A stretch of 64,000 nt of DNA. It comes from Octopus sinensis (taxonomy: Eukaryota). The DNA lies in the NCBI RefSeq assembly GCF_006345805.1, contig NC_043006.1, positions 29,698,001 through 29,762,000 on the forward strand. The letters are read 5' to 3'. Below the pieces are notes generated by a model. That model had not been told where the DNA came from. It made no database searches and saw nothing but the letters and a program-made list of their open reading frames with translations. The translations under genes were made by a program, and so were the position numbers. Shown piece after piece: positions 24,966 to 39,489 of this stretch (position 1 is its first letter; each line of letters starts with the position of its first letter).

Positions 24966-27702
24966 GCAATCACCAAGCACCCCACCACCACCACCACCAC
25001 AACAACTCTCTCTCTCTCTCTTTCTCACACACACACTTACTCCAAATTTTCAGACCTACGATATTTTAACAGACCCACAAAACCCTTCTCATTTCATTCT
25101 AGTTATAGAAATTCTTTTGTCTTCAACAAGGTTTTAAAGCCATATAAAATAACACAAAAGACAATAATCATAAGGTTCTCTAAAATTCTTCAAGTCAGCA
25201 AATAAGCAGTCAACTGCATTTTTACCAATTCCAGCCTTTGACCTAACTTTCAACTCTTGCCACTTACAAATGTTTTTCTCTTTTACCAAACATTAAATTT
25301 TACTGGATTTCAAATGCAACCAGATGCAACAGTGCCTGAAGCAAATAATGGCAAATCTTGACCCGCAAAAAACAAAAAAAAGAAGGGGGATTCTTCCTTC
25401 TAAATTATAATGACTTAAAAATATGCTAAAAAGAGATGTTAGACCCAGGGTAGAGAGGATTGTTCAGTTGAGCCATGGACATGATAAAATGCACCCAATA
25501 AAGTAGGTGATGCTATGAAAGACATCAAGCTGTATAAACCATTCTTGTAATACTGTGTGTAGCAGATGACAAAGGAGTGCAATGAATGGTGAGTCACTGA
25601 AACCTGGTGAAGCCATGTCTCATGTATAAATGATGATGATGATGGTGATGATGATGACTTAACCCACTATATACACATGTAACATTTTTAACATAAACCT
25701 CATCAAATGAATTATATATCATTTCAATTACATTATAAACACCCGCTACTGACACATTTATAAGCATCCTAAATAAAAACAAAAGAATTAGCAGACTTTA
25801 TCAACATGTAGATAAGTAAATTGTGAAGAAAAAGAGAAAAGGAGGCTGAAGTTCTTGCAGTAATCAAGAATAATGAAGGAAATAATATCTTCTACAAGCA
25901 ACTGGTTAAAATCTGACTTTATCAAAATGTATCTCTTCTTGCTATGATAATTCACAAATTGCAACATTTGATCTAAATCTCTAAAATTATTTTGATTCTA
26001 AATGTTACATTTTCTCTCTTTATTTTTACAATAAAATGAGAGGAAGAGGCCAAATCACACCCCATGACCTTTTGCAGGATCTTCAAGACTGGTGAGAAGA
26101 AAAGAAAGAAACCATGTGCCCATAGTTTATCAACAGAGTGGTGGTAACAGAGTGGAATATGCTAAAAAAAATAATAACACTACAGCCTGCAGGTGGGGAG
26201 GTGACCCCAAAAGGGTTGTAGGTTGCTTTTAGACTTGTTTGCAGTTTTTGCATTGCTCAAATAATTAGTCTGTTTCTCCAACAATGGAATTAATCCTGTT
26301 TTTACTTACTCAGCCCAAACCTCCAAGACACAATCAGCAAATCATGTGCAGCACTCATTAACTTATATCCCTTCCTCCTCACTCTCACCAAAAAAAGTGA
26401 ATGGCAGTTTAATTCCCTAAAACCTTCCTTCACCTTTTTATGATTCCCTGACTTTATATCTTTTAATAAACAGACATCTTAATTCTGATTTCACCAGAAA
26501 TAAACATCTAAACTCCACAAGAATGAATCTGCTTTTGTAGTGGTAGTGTGACTCCCAAACAATTTAGAAAAGCATTGACTCAGAACAAAAACTTATTCAG
26601 GGTGAAAGGGCCATTTTAGTACTGTCATAGACAACCTCCAAAGCGCCAGTGGTGTGATAAAACACACTCAGTCCATGTTGTTTAAATTGTTGATGATAGG
26701 AAAAGCATCAGCCACAAAAAATGACAAGGTTAGAGCTATAGAGTAAATGTTCCAGTTGAACATTTCTTTGTGAGGGTCAGCAGGGAGAACATGGTCAAGG
26801 AGGGGATTTCTAAGAGTTTCAGTTTTGAGGCAGAAGGACTGGGTGAATTCCGACACCATATCAATAAATCTTTAATCAATAAAGAAAATATGAAATTACA
26901 AAAAAAAAACAAAAACATATTAGGCAAGAGTCTTGTGCCAGAGTCTTAGACTGACCAATACCTTGTTAATGGAATTTGACACAGAGAAACTGTGCAAATC
27001 TCTTCCACATACATGTGTGTGTGTGTATGTGTGTGTGTGTGTGTGTATTAATGCATGAGCATATGTTTGCCAATGTATATCAACAAAGAGTGTAAGCAGT
27101 GAGAAAACAAACAAAAAAAACAATGCTTCTTGAACTAAGTTCCATGTGATATTTGTTTTATAATGAGTTTCACACACTCCCTGGAAATTCTCCCCATCAG
27201 ATTTTCAATTAACTGGTGACTGGCCTGTTGAAAACTTGCAGTCAGAGGTGCCAGTGTCTACCTATTGTAGTATAACAAACACTTAATAACACAGATTAGC
27301 CTTTGTCAATTCATAAACTGTGTTCAACATTATATGTCAATCATACTGAAAGCTGAAACATTTACTGTCTTCTCAACAGATTTGCTCATCATACAGATGC
27401 CATCATTAAAAGATTCCTTGTTTAATTGCAATAAAACAATGCAGCTTTGCATTGTAAGCAACATTTTGCTTCATAATCTGAGTTTTTTTGTTGTTTTTTT
27501 TAACATCATCTTCTAGTCTTGGATTTTATAAATTGAAATTTATGTATGTATGTATGTATGCATGTGTGTATGCATGTATGTATGTGTGTATACATACATA
27601 TGTGCATGCACAAGCACACATGCATGCTGATGCACACACATGCACATAAACAGACAAAAATGAACGCAGCTCCAATAACGGACAGAGTCAACATCCACTG
27701 AC

Positions 27703-27960
27703 AAGGTTGCAAAAGGCAATGAAAATTTTGGAAGAAAAAACATAAATAATAAATGAATGGAAATCAAACCAGTGAGTGTGTTAGATAAATAAGGCATTGA
27801 GACAATATGACTCTCCCCAGACACAACATAATTTGCTTCAATACACAAATTCACATAAAGAATCTTGCAAACCAAATACAAAAATGAAGAAACGAAAATG
27901 TTTTCTGCAGTCTTCATATGGATCAATAATTCCATGGATTCAGTAGATGAGAGATTAAAT
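27703..27960 (-). CDS. Candidate exon encoding hydrophobic helices, weakly resembling TM6-TM7 of a class C GPCR
   Basis: Inside a 144-codon ORF; acceptor tatgatAG, donor TT|GTCAGT, 258 nt. Peptide KTAENIF...CKILYVNLC...TLTGLISIHLLFMFFLPKF; the C-to-FLPK spacing matches mGluR-type TM6-TM7. The T-rich strand could mimic hydrophobicity. Confidence 0.3.
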
Positions 27961-28479
27961 CTATCATAATCCAAGAAACTTTGTGAAATATTCTAATCAG
28001 CCAGAAAATTAAGTTTTGCTCAGCAGTGCAAAGATTTCCAACAAAACTTCCACAAGTCAATCATCATCATCATCCATCATTTTGAATCCAGGTTATGTCC
28101 CCATTAATGGGAGTGGCTGGATCTAGCTCAACCACCCTCACACCATTCTCACCATCTTGCCCAGTTTTGGGCATCTTTCTTCTTCAAACCAATCCTCCCA
28201 ATCTCCTCCTCCACCTGTCCCCTCTACATTTTCCTTGGTCTACTTTGTTTTCGCACTCCATTTATGATGAATTCTTTAATCTAGAAACTACTGACAGTTA
28301 ATTTCATATTCCAATTTGTGATATAAAACTGATTCAATGGTTTCAATAGACTTCCTCACTGAAGATGATGAAAGGAACAAGGAAATTGTTTTTTTGTTTT
28401 TTAACTCAGTGTAAAGACTGTTCGCACAAAATACCTCATTCAAAAAGCAGTTTTTTCACCAAGCTTTACATCTTTTACC

Positions 28480-28822
28480 AATATACATCAATAACTGGCA
28501 CTCCATCGGTTACAATAATAAGTGTTCTAGCTAATCCAATCAATAGAACAGCTTACCTGTGACATTAATGTGCAAGTGGCTGAGCATACCACAGACACAC
28601 ATACCCTTAACATAGCTCTCTGGGCGATTCAGCATGACACAGAATATGACAAGATTGGCTGGCAATTTGAAATACAAGTACAATTCATTTTTGCCAGCTG
28701 CGTGGACTGGAGCAATGTGAAAAAAAGTGTCTTGCTCAAGGATACAACACTCTTTTGGGAATTGAACTCACGACCTTACAATTGTGAGCCAAATATCATA
28801 ACCACTGAGCCATATGCCTTCA
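28480..28822 (-). mobile_element. SINE family S2 copy
   Basis: Reverse complement reads ATATGGCTCAGTGGT...GAGTTCAATTCCC...CCTTGAGCAAGACAC...CATTGCTCCAGTCCAC. Confidence 0.75.
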
Positions 28823-29030
28823 CACATACATAGATGCACATGTGCACACACACACACACATATAAGTAGTTAGCTTCTATGCAGTTTCTATTAGATGGAA
28901 ACTGTAGTGAATCTGAGGCTGTATCCAAAGTGATATACAGTGTAATCTTGTGGTTGTGAAGCTAACTTCTCACTCACATACTGAGGATACTTACTCACCC
29001 TGAGGTTGCCACACACATGCATGCATATAT

Positions 29031-29065
<35 letters not shown>

Positions 29066-29457
29066 TATAGTAGGTGAGAAGACACTAGTATCAGCATGGA
29101 ATAGTAGCACATGAAATTAGTGCTCAGATTTGTCAACCGCTTACACTCCAACTTACTAATCAAGGTAAAATAATCCAGCAGAAACAAAAGTGGCCGACAA
29201 GAAATACATCACTCAGGCAATTAGTAAATCGACACAAGACTGACAAACAAATAGGGGTGGCAGTAATTCAATTTATATGAGATGTTACATATACATATTA
29301 AAATTACAAGATAAATGATAGTTCTTTACAGCTGTTTCAAAGATTCAGGAACTGCTTGATGCCATAATGTATATTATGCAAACAAGCATATATAATGATG
29401 CAATAATTATACACAGAAAATAAGCAAAAAATACAAAAATATTATCAACTTGCATGA

Positions 29458-29492
<35 letters not shown>

Positions 29493-29689
29493 GCATGATA
29501 TGTGAATATCTTTGAGGTGAATCCACCAAAAATTTTCATCAGATGGAAGAATAGCAGGTGTGAATGCTGTAGTAGCAAGTCACATATTGAAGATAATACA
29601 CAGGCATCAATATAAAGATGGAGGAAAAGAGGAATAACTACTTATGGAGAGGTGAATATGGGAAAGGGAGAAAGGCAGGTGAGGTTGAG

Positions 29690-29942
29690 TTCATGTGCTG
29701 GTGGCACGTAAAAGCACTATCCAAATGTGGTTGATGCCAGCCCCCTCTAGCCTGTGTCGGTGGCACGTAAAAAGCACCCACTATACTCTCGGAGTAGTTG
29801 GCGTTAGGAAGGGCGTCCAGCTGTAGAAAACACTGCCAGATCAGACTGGAGCCTGGTGCAGCCTCCTGGCTTCCCAGACCCCCAGTTGAACCGTCCAACC
29901 CATGCCAGCATGGAAAACAGACGTTAAACGATGATGATGATA
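29690..29942 (+). mobile_element. (GAT)n-tailed RTE 3' end, well-preserved copy
   Basis: GCACCCACTATACTCTCGGAGTAGTTGGCGTTAGGAAGGGCGTCCAGCTGTAGAAA...GACGTTAAACGATGATGATG with CpGs retained. Confidence 0.9.
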
Positions 29943-32900
29943 GTAAAAAGTGAAGGAAGTTGGGTCAGGGGGAGAAGGGTATAAAAGAAAAAAGGAAGGA
30001 AAAGGGAAAACGAAAATAAAGAATAAAAGAGAAATGAAAGGGCCATCCTATAGATTTGAGAAGCTTGTCTATCAAGGACAAGTTGTAGCTTCTAAGTTTG
30101 AGGAATGTAGGATACAGAAGGAAGATCAAAGGGAATCATTTAATAAAAGAGGAAATGCCAAATGAAAAAGTCCTCTATTGTGTAAAAGCAGTGAAATTTT
30201 TTTGCAACATGATGTAATATTTATTAATGTCCAGACTTGTAGATAAGAATGGTGCCTCTTTAAAACTTATAATGAAATAATACAAGATGTAAATATAGAA
30301 GAAAAAAAAGGAAAAATCAATACCGTAACTGAAAACAATAATAAAAGACTTTTAAAGTTCCACTGAATTAAGGTATGTTGTAATTCTAACTTGACAAACG
30401 CAAAAAGAAATGTAAAAAGAAAAACAATAAAGCAAAGACAAGAATGTCGGATGAAGATACAATCAGATAATGAGCTATGCCATCAGTTGAGCAAGTTGAT
30501 ATATGGTAAACACGGTTTGCTAACAATGATAAGCATGGCTGGCACAACAGTACACTGGTTGACCACAGCAATAACACCTTAAGCATCATTCAAATGGAGA
30601 CTTGTATGTCCTTAAGTAGGAGCAATAGCGTTGAGACAGAAATGTTTAAAAATTCATTTGAGCTGAAGGGAGAACCTAAATCGTAACAATTCATATCAAT
30701 TACAGTATTAAAAAAAAAAAATCTACATAGACTTTGTTAAAGCAGCAGTAAATGCACATTATTCTGTATTGCAAAAAAAATCAACAGAAAAACAATTTCT
30801 GTTTAATATATTATGAAAGATATAAAACAAGGAATGCACAAGGAAGAAAATTTACAAATTGTTTGGGGAATAAAAATTACTAATAAATTCAACAAGATTT
30901 CTATATTGAATTACCAGCAAACTTTAAAGCAACCAAGAGGACATTGCTGTTACTGTTATCTGTTCTTAAACATATTTAACACCTAAATTTATTATTTTTC
31001 ATACTCAATCAGTCCGACATTTTTCACTATGAGAGACAGGAAGAATTGTAATAATACTTACAGATAATATTTACAGACAATAGCACTGATTTTAACAAAT
31101 TCTACTTGAAACAAACTGTCTTTGTATAAATTTATAATTATCTTTATAGTAATCTCAACAGGGTTGTTGTCAACCCTCACTTGTTTCCAAGCAAGGAAAT
31201 ATTTTTCCATGGCCAGATATATTCTTCATAGAAGAATGAAAATGAATGGCAGTATTTATGACTATCATGTGATTTCTGGACACAGAGACACAAACACATC
31301 ATCAGGCTGTCTTGTCACAACTTAGCCTTTAATCTTAATTTTACAAGTTATCATCTAGGTTTTATCAAATTTCACAATGAATCTACAAATGAACAGCTGA
31401 CAAGTAATCAATGACAACAGATGGCGCCATGGGATAAAAGATGGATGGCATCTTTCAGCTAACACTTTGAGCCAACAGGTTTTGTGTCTCAAGTCAGTGT
31501 GGGAATTCTAGAGGCAGACTTTGACAATACAACAGTGTAAAAAAAAAGGTGCCTATGAGTTAAAAGCATGAAGTACGTACAGTATATAGAGTACATAAAG
31601 TTAATGTAAGAACATCAATAAAGAAAACAATGTTTAAGGAAGAAGGAAAACCCAAAGAAAGAGAAGCAAACATAAAATGAAGCAATTTTTCAAAGTATAA
31701 CCCTAACTCTGTTATGCTTATACAATAGGCTGGTTTCCTGTGAGAAGGTTAAAGATGAACCTTATTCAAATGTTACATTGTAGACTAATCAAAATTTCAA
31801 CATTAACAGCTTATGACTGGTTGACATTGAATTGCTCCTGGCTGTGCTTCAACTGGACACCTTTTAGTATTCTTTTAATATGATCATACCATTACATCTA
31901 GTTCTTAGGAGAAAATCTGCACAAGATATAGTGTTGATAATTTACGTAGATTACTTAAAAGCTACCTGAGCTCCTCTGGTAGCAGGTCAATTTGCTGGAT
32001 TATAGGTTACTGTTGGTCAGGTTTCATATCCAACCACTGACTCTGCTCAGAAACTGGAATGCATCTTGTTTCTTGTATGATTTGGGAGTGTCAGCTTAAA
32101 CTGCTTGGCCTTGTTGTTTGATTTCTATGAGTGTGACTCTGCTTACCACGTTCTTTTCACTGAGGATCCAACTGAATTGATGGCTTGTGGTGGTCAACCA
32201 CATGGTCATGGCAGATGAGGAGATATCTTGCAGAGATATGGACAGATTGGGACTCTGCCTCAACAGATTACCCAAAAGGACCCAGGAATACATCAACAAA
32301 TGGTAAATGCAAGCAATGCATTGCATTGATGCATGCCCCCCACACTTGACCTCATTATAGATTGACTGCTTAGAAAAAGTAAATTTCTAGTCTATGATGC
32401 AGACAGGACAAAGACAAAGTATTCAGTGTATAAAGTTAGTGACTTTATCACTAAAGCACTTTACTCAGCACCATTGGTGGCATTGTTTTAACATTCACTA
32501 TTCCCTGTTTGCATGGGTCAGATGGAATCCAGTGAGGCAAATTTTCTATAGCTGGAGACCCTACTTGTTGTCAACCCTTGCTTGGAAACAGGTGAAATAT
32601 TTTTCCATGGTCATACATGTTTTTCATGGAAGAAAGAAAAAGAATAACAGTAATCAGATTTATGACTATCATGTGATGTCAGAACATGGAGAGACACACA
32701 CACGTATGCATGTAAATGTGTGTGTATGAGAGACAGAGAGAAAGAGAGAGTGAGAGAGAGAGAAAGAAAGAGAGAGCACATATATAAAAGTAATAATTTT
32801 TCATTATAAGAGTCCATCAGAAAGACAGTTTTGAATCACAGACTAAGTTTCATTTCAAAATTCCTTTGCCATTTCCTCATACAACACAACATATCCAGTT

Positions 32901-33166
32901 CTTCTGTTATGTTAGTAAGAATGGAAAAGCATTATTCATGACAGAATTTTCTCCAAAACAATCTATTACATTTTACAAACAATGATTATAATTCTTATTG
33001 GTGCTGTTTGGAATTCCAGATGACACATAAAATCAATCTTCAGTTACAACTGTATTTAACTCGTTATATATAATTATATGTACAGTACTATAGGTATAGT
33101 ATAGACTTAGATATATAAAGCATAGTATCAGATATATAGTACAGTGTTTTATATATATATATATAA

Positions 33167-33212
<46 letters not shown>

Positions 33213-33213
33213 T

Positions 33214-33344
33214 CTTTTACTTGTTTCAGGCATTTGACTGTGGCCATGCTGGAGCACCGCTTTTAGTCAAGCAAATCGACCCCAGGACTTATTTTCTGTA
33301 TGCTTAGTACTTATTCTATCGGCCTCTTTTACCGAATCGCACAC

Positions 33345-33389
<45 letters not shown>

Positions 33390-33503
33390 ATATAGTATGA
33401 TATTAAATCATCATCATCATCATCGTTTAACGTCCGCTTTCCATGCTAGCATGGGTTAGACGATTTTGACTGAGGGCTGGCGAACCAGATGGTTGCACCA
33501 GGC
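33214..33503 (-). mobile_element. Adjacent SINE S1 tail (33214-33340) and RTE tail (33415-33503) separated by (TA)n
   Basis: CTCTTTTACTTGTTTCAG..CATTTGACTGTGGCCATGCTGGAGCACCGC, then CATCATCGTTTAACGTCCGCTTTCCATGCTAGC. Confidence 0.85.
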
Positions 33504-34824
33504 TATAGTACATATACATTGTATGTATTGTATAGTGTTGTAGGTATAGTATAGTATCATATGTATAGCATTATACTTATAGCATACTATTATATGCATA
33601 ACATAATATTATAAGTAAGGTAGTGTTATTTGTCTACACCCTGCTACTACTTTATCTATAATTATAGTGAAGCTAATTAAATATCAGGAAATTAATATTT
33701 AATTACAGACCCTATTCAATACAACGAGTCATGTCAATCCTCTCTAGAGGGATTGCCACGAAAAGACTGTGATGGAGATTTTCTGACATTCACATAAAAT
33801 TATTTTCCAGAAAATATATATTTAAATTTTTGCTTTTTGTGGGGTCTTTTTGAGTAAATATATTCTTTTTTAAATGTTATTGTTGTTTAATCAAAATGAA
33901 AATTGAATTAAACATTTGTGTCATTTCTATCATATTCAATTAAATACTTTATTTTCATTCCATTTATCCCTCTTCGTTTTTTTTTTTTTATGAATCGTGT
34001 GGTATTTCTTGTTAGATATCTTCTCTTCAATAAGAAATGTCAACAGATAATGATATTAATACTAGAAGCAGTGAAATATGTCCTTCTGTTAAAAATAAGG
34101 ACAGAGATAATAATAGGCCAAGCTAAAATGTTCCCCACAACAGGTCAAGATAATAATAAATGACATGTTGAGTCTCAAGAACCCTATAATTATCAAAAGT
34201 TTAAACGTTGCATTGTTATTTGGAAAATATCTGAATATTTCCTTTGTAAGTCACAATGAGGGAAAGAGACGGTTATGGAATAAATAAAAAAAGAAATTAA
34301 CTAGTCACTGCTTCAATATTAAGTTGAACAAAAGAAGGAAATAAAAATTTTCATTCTTTTTCTGTCTTTTGCTGAACAAAACTCAGCATTGAATGAAAGT
34401 GAATTTGTAATTTCTAAGATTGGTCACATAGATTTCCACAACAATATTTTAGATTTACTTCGTTAGTACCTGACATCTTGATTGAAAAGAAATCTCAAAA
34501 GTAGAGCTAAACTCTCTCTCTCTCTCTCTCTCTCCCCCCCCCTCTGCTATAATTTTGACACAAGGCCACCAATTTCAGAGGAAGGAGTACACTGACCCAG
34601 GTGCTCAACTAGTTCTTATTTTTATTGACCCCAAAAGGAAGAATGGTAAAGTCAATCTTGGTAGAACTTGAACTAGCCTTCAGCCTAGTGTGAATGCTTT
34701 CAAAGATGGCTTTAAAGAAAATAATTATAACCCGATAAAACGTCATACAGTGAAGAATTGTGCTAAAAATACATTGATAGCAAAATATTGTGGCAACTAG
34801 AAACTTACAGTAGTGACAGAAAGG

Positions 34825-34932
34825 AATGGCAGTGTGGTTAAAGGAGTTTCTTTTAAAAACAATGGAGTTTCTGGTCCAATGCCAGCATACAGTACCTTGG
34901 GCAAGTGTCTCCTACTATAGACTTGGAAGCCC

Positions 34933-34979
<47 letters not shown>

Positions 34980-35160
34980 ATGTTTACTAAAGAAAATTTA
35001 GTGTTGTTAGTGCTGTATCCCTTTATATCCCATAACTTAGCAGTTTCACAAATCCAAACCAATAAAATAAGGATCAGATTGAAATAAGGACTGGGATTGA
35101 TGTAAGTGACTAAAACCTTTTAAAGATGGTACTCCAGTATGGCTGCAGTCCATTGACTGA
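34825..35160 (+). mobile_element. Degenerate SINE S1 copy with (TG)n centre
   Basis: GGCAGTGTGGTTAAAG...CCTTGGGCAAGTGTCTCCTACTATAG...CCCATAACTTAGCAGTT...GACTGAAA. Confidence 0.7.
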
Positions 35161-35825
35161 AATTAGTAAAGAAACCGTGACTGAAAAAAAAAGGAATAAA
35201 TTATAAAAGCAATTGGCAAGCTTTTAGAAATGACTTTTTTCATTTTTATTTAAAACAAAACGTATTAAAAGAACTTATAATAGAATGTGACTGCTCCTCC
35301 AGAAATGAAGTGTGAAGGAGAAAGTGGGTGATTAAAAGACTTGATAACATGTTCTGTTCACAAGGAAGGTAACAAAATTAAAAATGAATGTGTATAAAAG
35401 ACAAATGCTATAAGAAACAACCACAGCAGCTTGATATGTTGTTTGGATACATGAGATTTAATGAGAGAAATTAAAATGAAAAATGAGTTTGTTGCTTATA
35501 ATAATGAAGTAGAACTTTATCTTCTCTGGTGTAAGTAGCTGTCTTTAAAATATGAAGTTTCTGTGGAGACATTCTTCACTTTGAAGTGCTACATTCAAGT
35601 AAGAACATCTCAAAATCAGCTAAAATCAGAAGATTGAAAGGGAATTGGAAAATTGTCCTACAGAATGCGCAATCTAAATGAAATCTGAATAATAAGACAA
35701 AAGGAGCCACTAAGACAAACTACCAAGATTGGAACAAGGAAATTTTAAGATGTTTGCAATAAAATATGGAGATTTTTTTTTTTGTTTCTATTTGGAGTTG
35801 TACATTAAAGGTAAAGTTGAAATAC

Positions 35826-35961
35826 ATTAGGTAAAGCTTAAGTAACTTTGGGCTCATCGAAGAATTAATCGTTAAGCCCATTATATAGATAAATGGAGAG
35901 ACAATACGGCAAACTGAACTGAGAACATTGGAAATAAACATTAAAACTAGGACAGAATGAT
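35826..35961 (-). CDS. Weak candidate hydrophobic exon
   Basis: Acceptor ccatatcAG, open 136 nt (D)HSVLVLMFISNVLSSVCRIVSPFIYIMGLTINSSMSPKLLKLYL, donor AT|GTATTT. Confidence 0.2.
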
Positions 35962-36684
35962 CTGATATGGCAATGATGATCAAGAATTTAGAAGATTAAC
36001 CAGACAAGTCAAATTAAGATTCTCATGACTCAGTATTTGGATGTGATTTCAGCTGACCGTATTTTTTTTTCTTTCTTTTTCTGTATTCCTATACAAATTC
36101 TTAAGTTCATCTGCATATTTTTTTCCTGTGTACTGAATTATGATGGTAAAGTGCATTGATAACAAAGTTTTAATTTCAAAAGTAATAGATATTTCAGTTA
36201 GCATCCAGTTTAATGTAATCTCTCACAAACAAAAATGTTAGCATTATCTACACAAATAATGGGATTCCTAACACTTAACAAACACTATCTTCTCTATTTC
36301 AACATAATAGTTTGATACATACAACTAGCTATTATGTAATATTCCTGATTTTCATAGTGCAACAAAGTAGCAGCTGAATATTGTTGTAAACCAGATGTTG
36401 CTGTTTACAGTAGGGACTTGGCATTTCAGACAAGATGTCAAGCTAAACAGATAATAGCAAACAATATGGCTTCATCCTTAGCATCCTAGTGAGAGCTTTC
36501 AGCAGAGAGGAGGAGAGGTGGGAAAGCTGTTATGACACATGATGTTCAAAAACTCTTGACACATGCTGTTCAGGAGTCCTTAGTAAACATTTTCTTTCTC
36601 TTTTTTCTTTTCATTGAAATAAAAGTTGAAGATGTTAAAAGTAGTGTGAGCAGCTTACTTCCTGATGCTGGACGACCTACTCAC

Positions 36685-36753
36685 CGACTTCCAATCGGAT
36701 CAGTTGAACAACTAAATGGTCCCTTCGCATAACTTGACATGCAATACAGTTAA
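36685..36753 (-). CDS. Weak candidate short exon
   Basis: Acceptor ccttgcacAG, 69 nt (V)NCIACQVMRRDHLVVQLIRLEV, strong donor CG|GTGAGT; locally CpG-rich. Confidence 0.25.
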
Positions 36754-38006
36754 CTGTGCAAGGTTGGGACTTTTGGGACCATCATTGCCAATATCAGGGA
36801 TATTAATGTAAATCAGACAAAATATGTTCCCTCACTTCTGAACCTAGACAGACAAACAAGAAAATTACAGCATTCCTCATCAAAAGGAGGATATCTATTT
36901 TTTTCCTTTCCATATGAATACCAAAAGAATTGTTAACATTTCTTTTTAGCTAAATTGCTTAAATCAAGTGAATTTGGATATTCTAGAGCTACATATTTTC
37001 CTAAGCAATCAAAAAATTACTTTTTGCATAAAAGAATTTAAAAAGCATTCATATAACTTCATTCTTGAAAATTTTTTAGCTTTTCAACTCAAAACAGTAA
37101 TACGTAACAATCAGAAGTATTGATCTAGTTCCGAATGATAAGCTCTGTTGAAGACAATTTATCCTAGTTTCATTTCATGAGGTTTTAATATTTCTGTGAA
37201 TGGGAGGACTGGCAGTGAATGCCAGGTTAAAAGCGAATGACAGGTAAAAAGATTAATAAATGTCATTTAGGATACAAGAATTCATAACAACTGTTATAGT
37301 TTTCTCATAACAAAAACTAAAATCTTGATTAACATTTATCAATGGTTGTGTTTACAATATAATAATTCAAGAGAAACTTTCAAAAAGAGCACAGCTGCTG
37401 GTAAGACTTGTGAAGGAAATGACATCTTTCTTACATAAATTACTGATGTTAATCAACTGAGCTGACAGGGAAATAAGAAAGTAGAAAAGATTTAAATCAA
37501 TCTGTTTTCTAGAGATTTCATGGCAGATTGTATTTTGGATGTCGTTAAACTCTTTTAGGCCTGAAGGTGTTTAAAATCCTATTATGATCTGTGCTTCACA
37601 AGACACATAAGTGCTTATTTTTACAAACAAATAAAGTGAAATACGTGGAGGAACTTGTCTTATAGATTTTATGCAAACAAAGAAAACATGAACTATGCAA
37701 GTCCAGTGCCAACTCATTGCCTTTCACTCCCAACAGACCACTAGTGCCTGACCTGTGGCACAGCCTTCCAAGTATGCATCAGACAGATTGGCCACAGTTG
37801 GACACACAGTGTCCTGCCTTCTTCTCCTACATGATGCCTTTTGGTCATCTTTGACAGCAATGGACAAACTGATAATAATAAAATAATGCAACATCCATAG
37901 AGAATTGGAAAGTATTGTATGGCTAAATGGAATATGGATGCTTTGTCTTCTCACAATCAATGTGCAGGTTTCTCCATATATCAGAGACTGGCATTTCTTT
38001 TACCTT

Positions 38007-38163
38007 GGTTGGCGTTAGGAAAGGCATCCAGCTGTAGAAACTCTGCCAGATCAGACTGGAGACTGGTGCAGCCTTCTGGCTTCCCAGACCCCAGTTGAAC
38101 CGTCCAACCCATGCTAGCGCGGAAAACGGACGTAAAACGATGATGATGATGATGATGATGATG
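38007..38163 (+). mobile_element. (GAT)n-tailed RTE 3' end, young copy
   Basis: GGTTGGCGTTAGGAAAGGCATCCAGCTGTAGAAA...GGACGTAAAACGATGATGATGATG. Confidence 0.9.
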
Positions 38164-39320
38164 TTTATGGCATGACTTAAGTCAATTTTTTTTTTTTGAG
38201 TATTTTAGTTTCTGGAAGACTATTTTGTGTTCTACCAGGAAACTTGAAACTGGAATAACCTAGCATCAAAAATTTGAAGCAGAAATCATTCTATAATGAC
38301 TTCAAGAACATAAATTCAAAGATAAATTTGGAAAAAGTGGCAAAGTAATGCAGAAAAGAAACCACCAAATGAATAAGTGGAAAGACACAAGAAAATGTAT
38401 TAGATTCATGGAAAACTGATATACAGTTGGTGGAAATGAAATCAAATAAAATGCTACAACTGAAAAATTTAAGGTTACACGAGTGGAAACCAATTATGGA
38501 AAAGAATTAGAGGAGACCAAGATTAGAATAAAAAGTCAGTAAAACAAACACCTGACAACAAGAGAAGGAATCATAAGGCCTGTAAGTATTTATAAAACAA
38601 ATCAAGAAATAAGTGAAGGGAGATAACCCATACCTCCTCGTATACAGATGTAAGCAAAAGTGGACAGAAATTCAATAAGTCAAACAAGTTCAACAATCAT
38701 AAAACACTTCCAGGCAATAACAATGGAAGAACAAAGTAAAACAGAGCATCAAACCCAGATTAAAAAGAAAGTATAAATCTATTAAAAACAAACCATCATA
38801 CCAAAGAATTACATCAGCCAAATAAGATCAGAGTTATACAGTGGGTTAGGGTACATAACGTCTGTTTTCCATGCTGGCATGGGTTGGATGGTCTGACAGA
38901 AGCTAACAAATGAGAGAGCTGCTCCAGGCTCTATTTTGGCATGGATGCCTTTCCTAATAGCCCCCCACTTTACAGAATGGACTTGGTGATTTTAAGGGAC
39001 ACCAGCACAGGTACTCTTTACATAGCATCAATGCAGGTGGCTGAGCACCAGCAGGGTTGCTGAGTAGCTTGCAAGACACACACACACACACATATATATA
39101 CATGCACATATATAGTCAACAGATGCAATCCAGAGATACTCAAGATGGAAAACACTTTGTAGTGCTCAAATGGTGTGAACTTACACTCCAAAAAATTTTA
39201 TAGAGGACTAAGATTGTGGAGTAAAGAGTGGCTATAAGAGGAATCCAGGTAAACAGATATGGAGATGATGCAAATAATCAGATAAACATGCTTGGTCTTG
39301 ATATACAAAATATATCTAAC

Positions 39321-39489
39321 CAGTTAGATGGTTAGGTGCCAATCTCTCCACTCTGAAGATGGAGGCCAGGTTTATGGTAATGTTTGTATACATCCACAAC
39401 TGGTTGCATATTCTTGACTTTTTGTATGCTTCATTTGCCAACATTACAACTATTACATCCTTCTGAGCCCCCAGAAACAGCTGTCGAAC
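39321..39489 (-). CDS. Candidate coding exon, unidentified
   Basis: Acceptor gtatttcAG|G, 169 nt open VRQLFLGAQKDVIVVMLANEAYKKSRICNQLWMYTNITINLASIFRVERLAPNHLT, donor TG|GTTAGA. Confidence 0.25.

Noticed and set aside
32100-32330. GC-richer stretch with faint resemblance to a Tc1 transposase C-terminus
   Set aside because: No diagnostic motif such as SPDLNPIE could be recovered in any frame.
37724-37960. 78-aa minus-strand ORF; another frame has GVKGNELA (RNase H-like)
   Set aside because: The similarity is too short and no consistent splice sites or further motifs were found.
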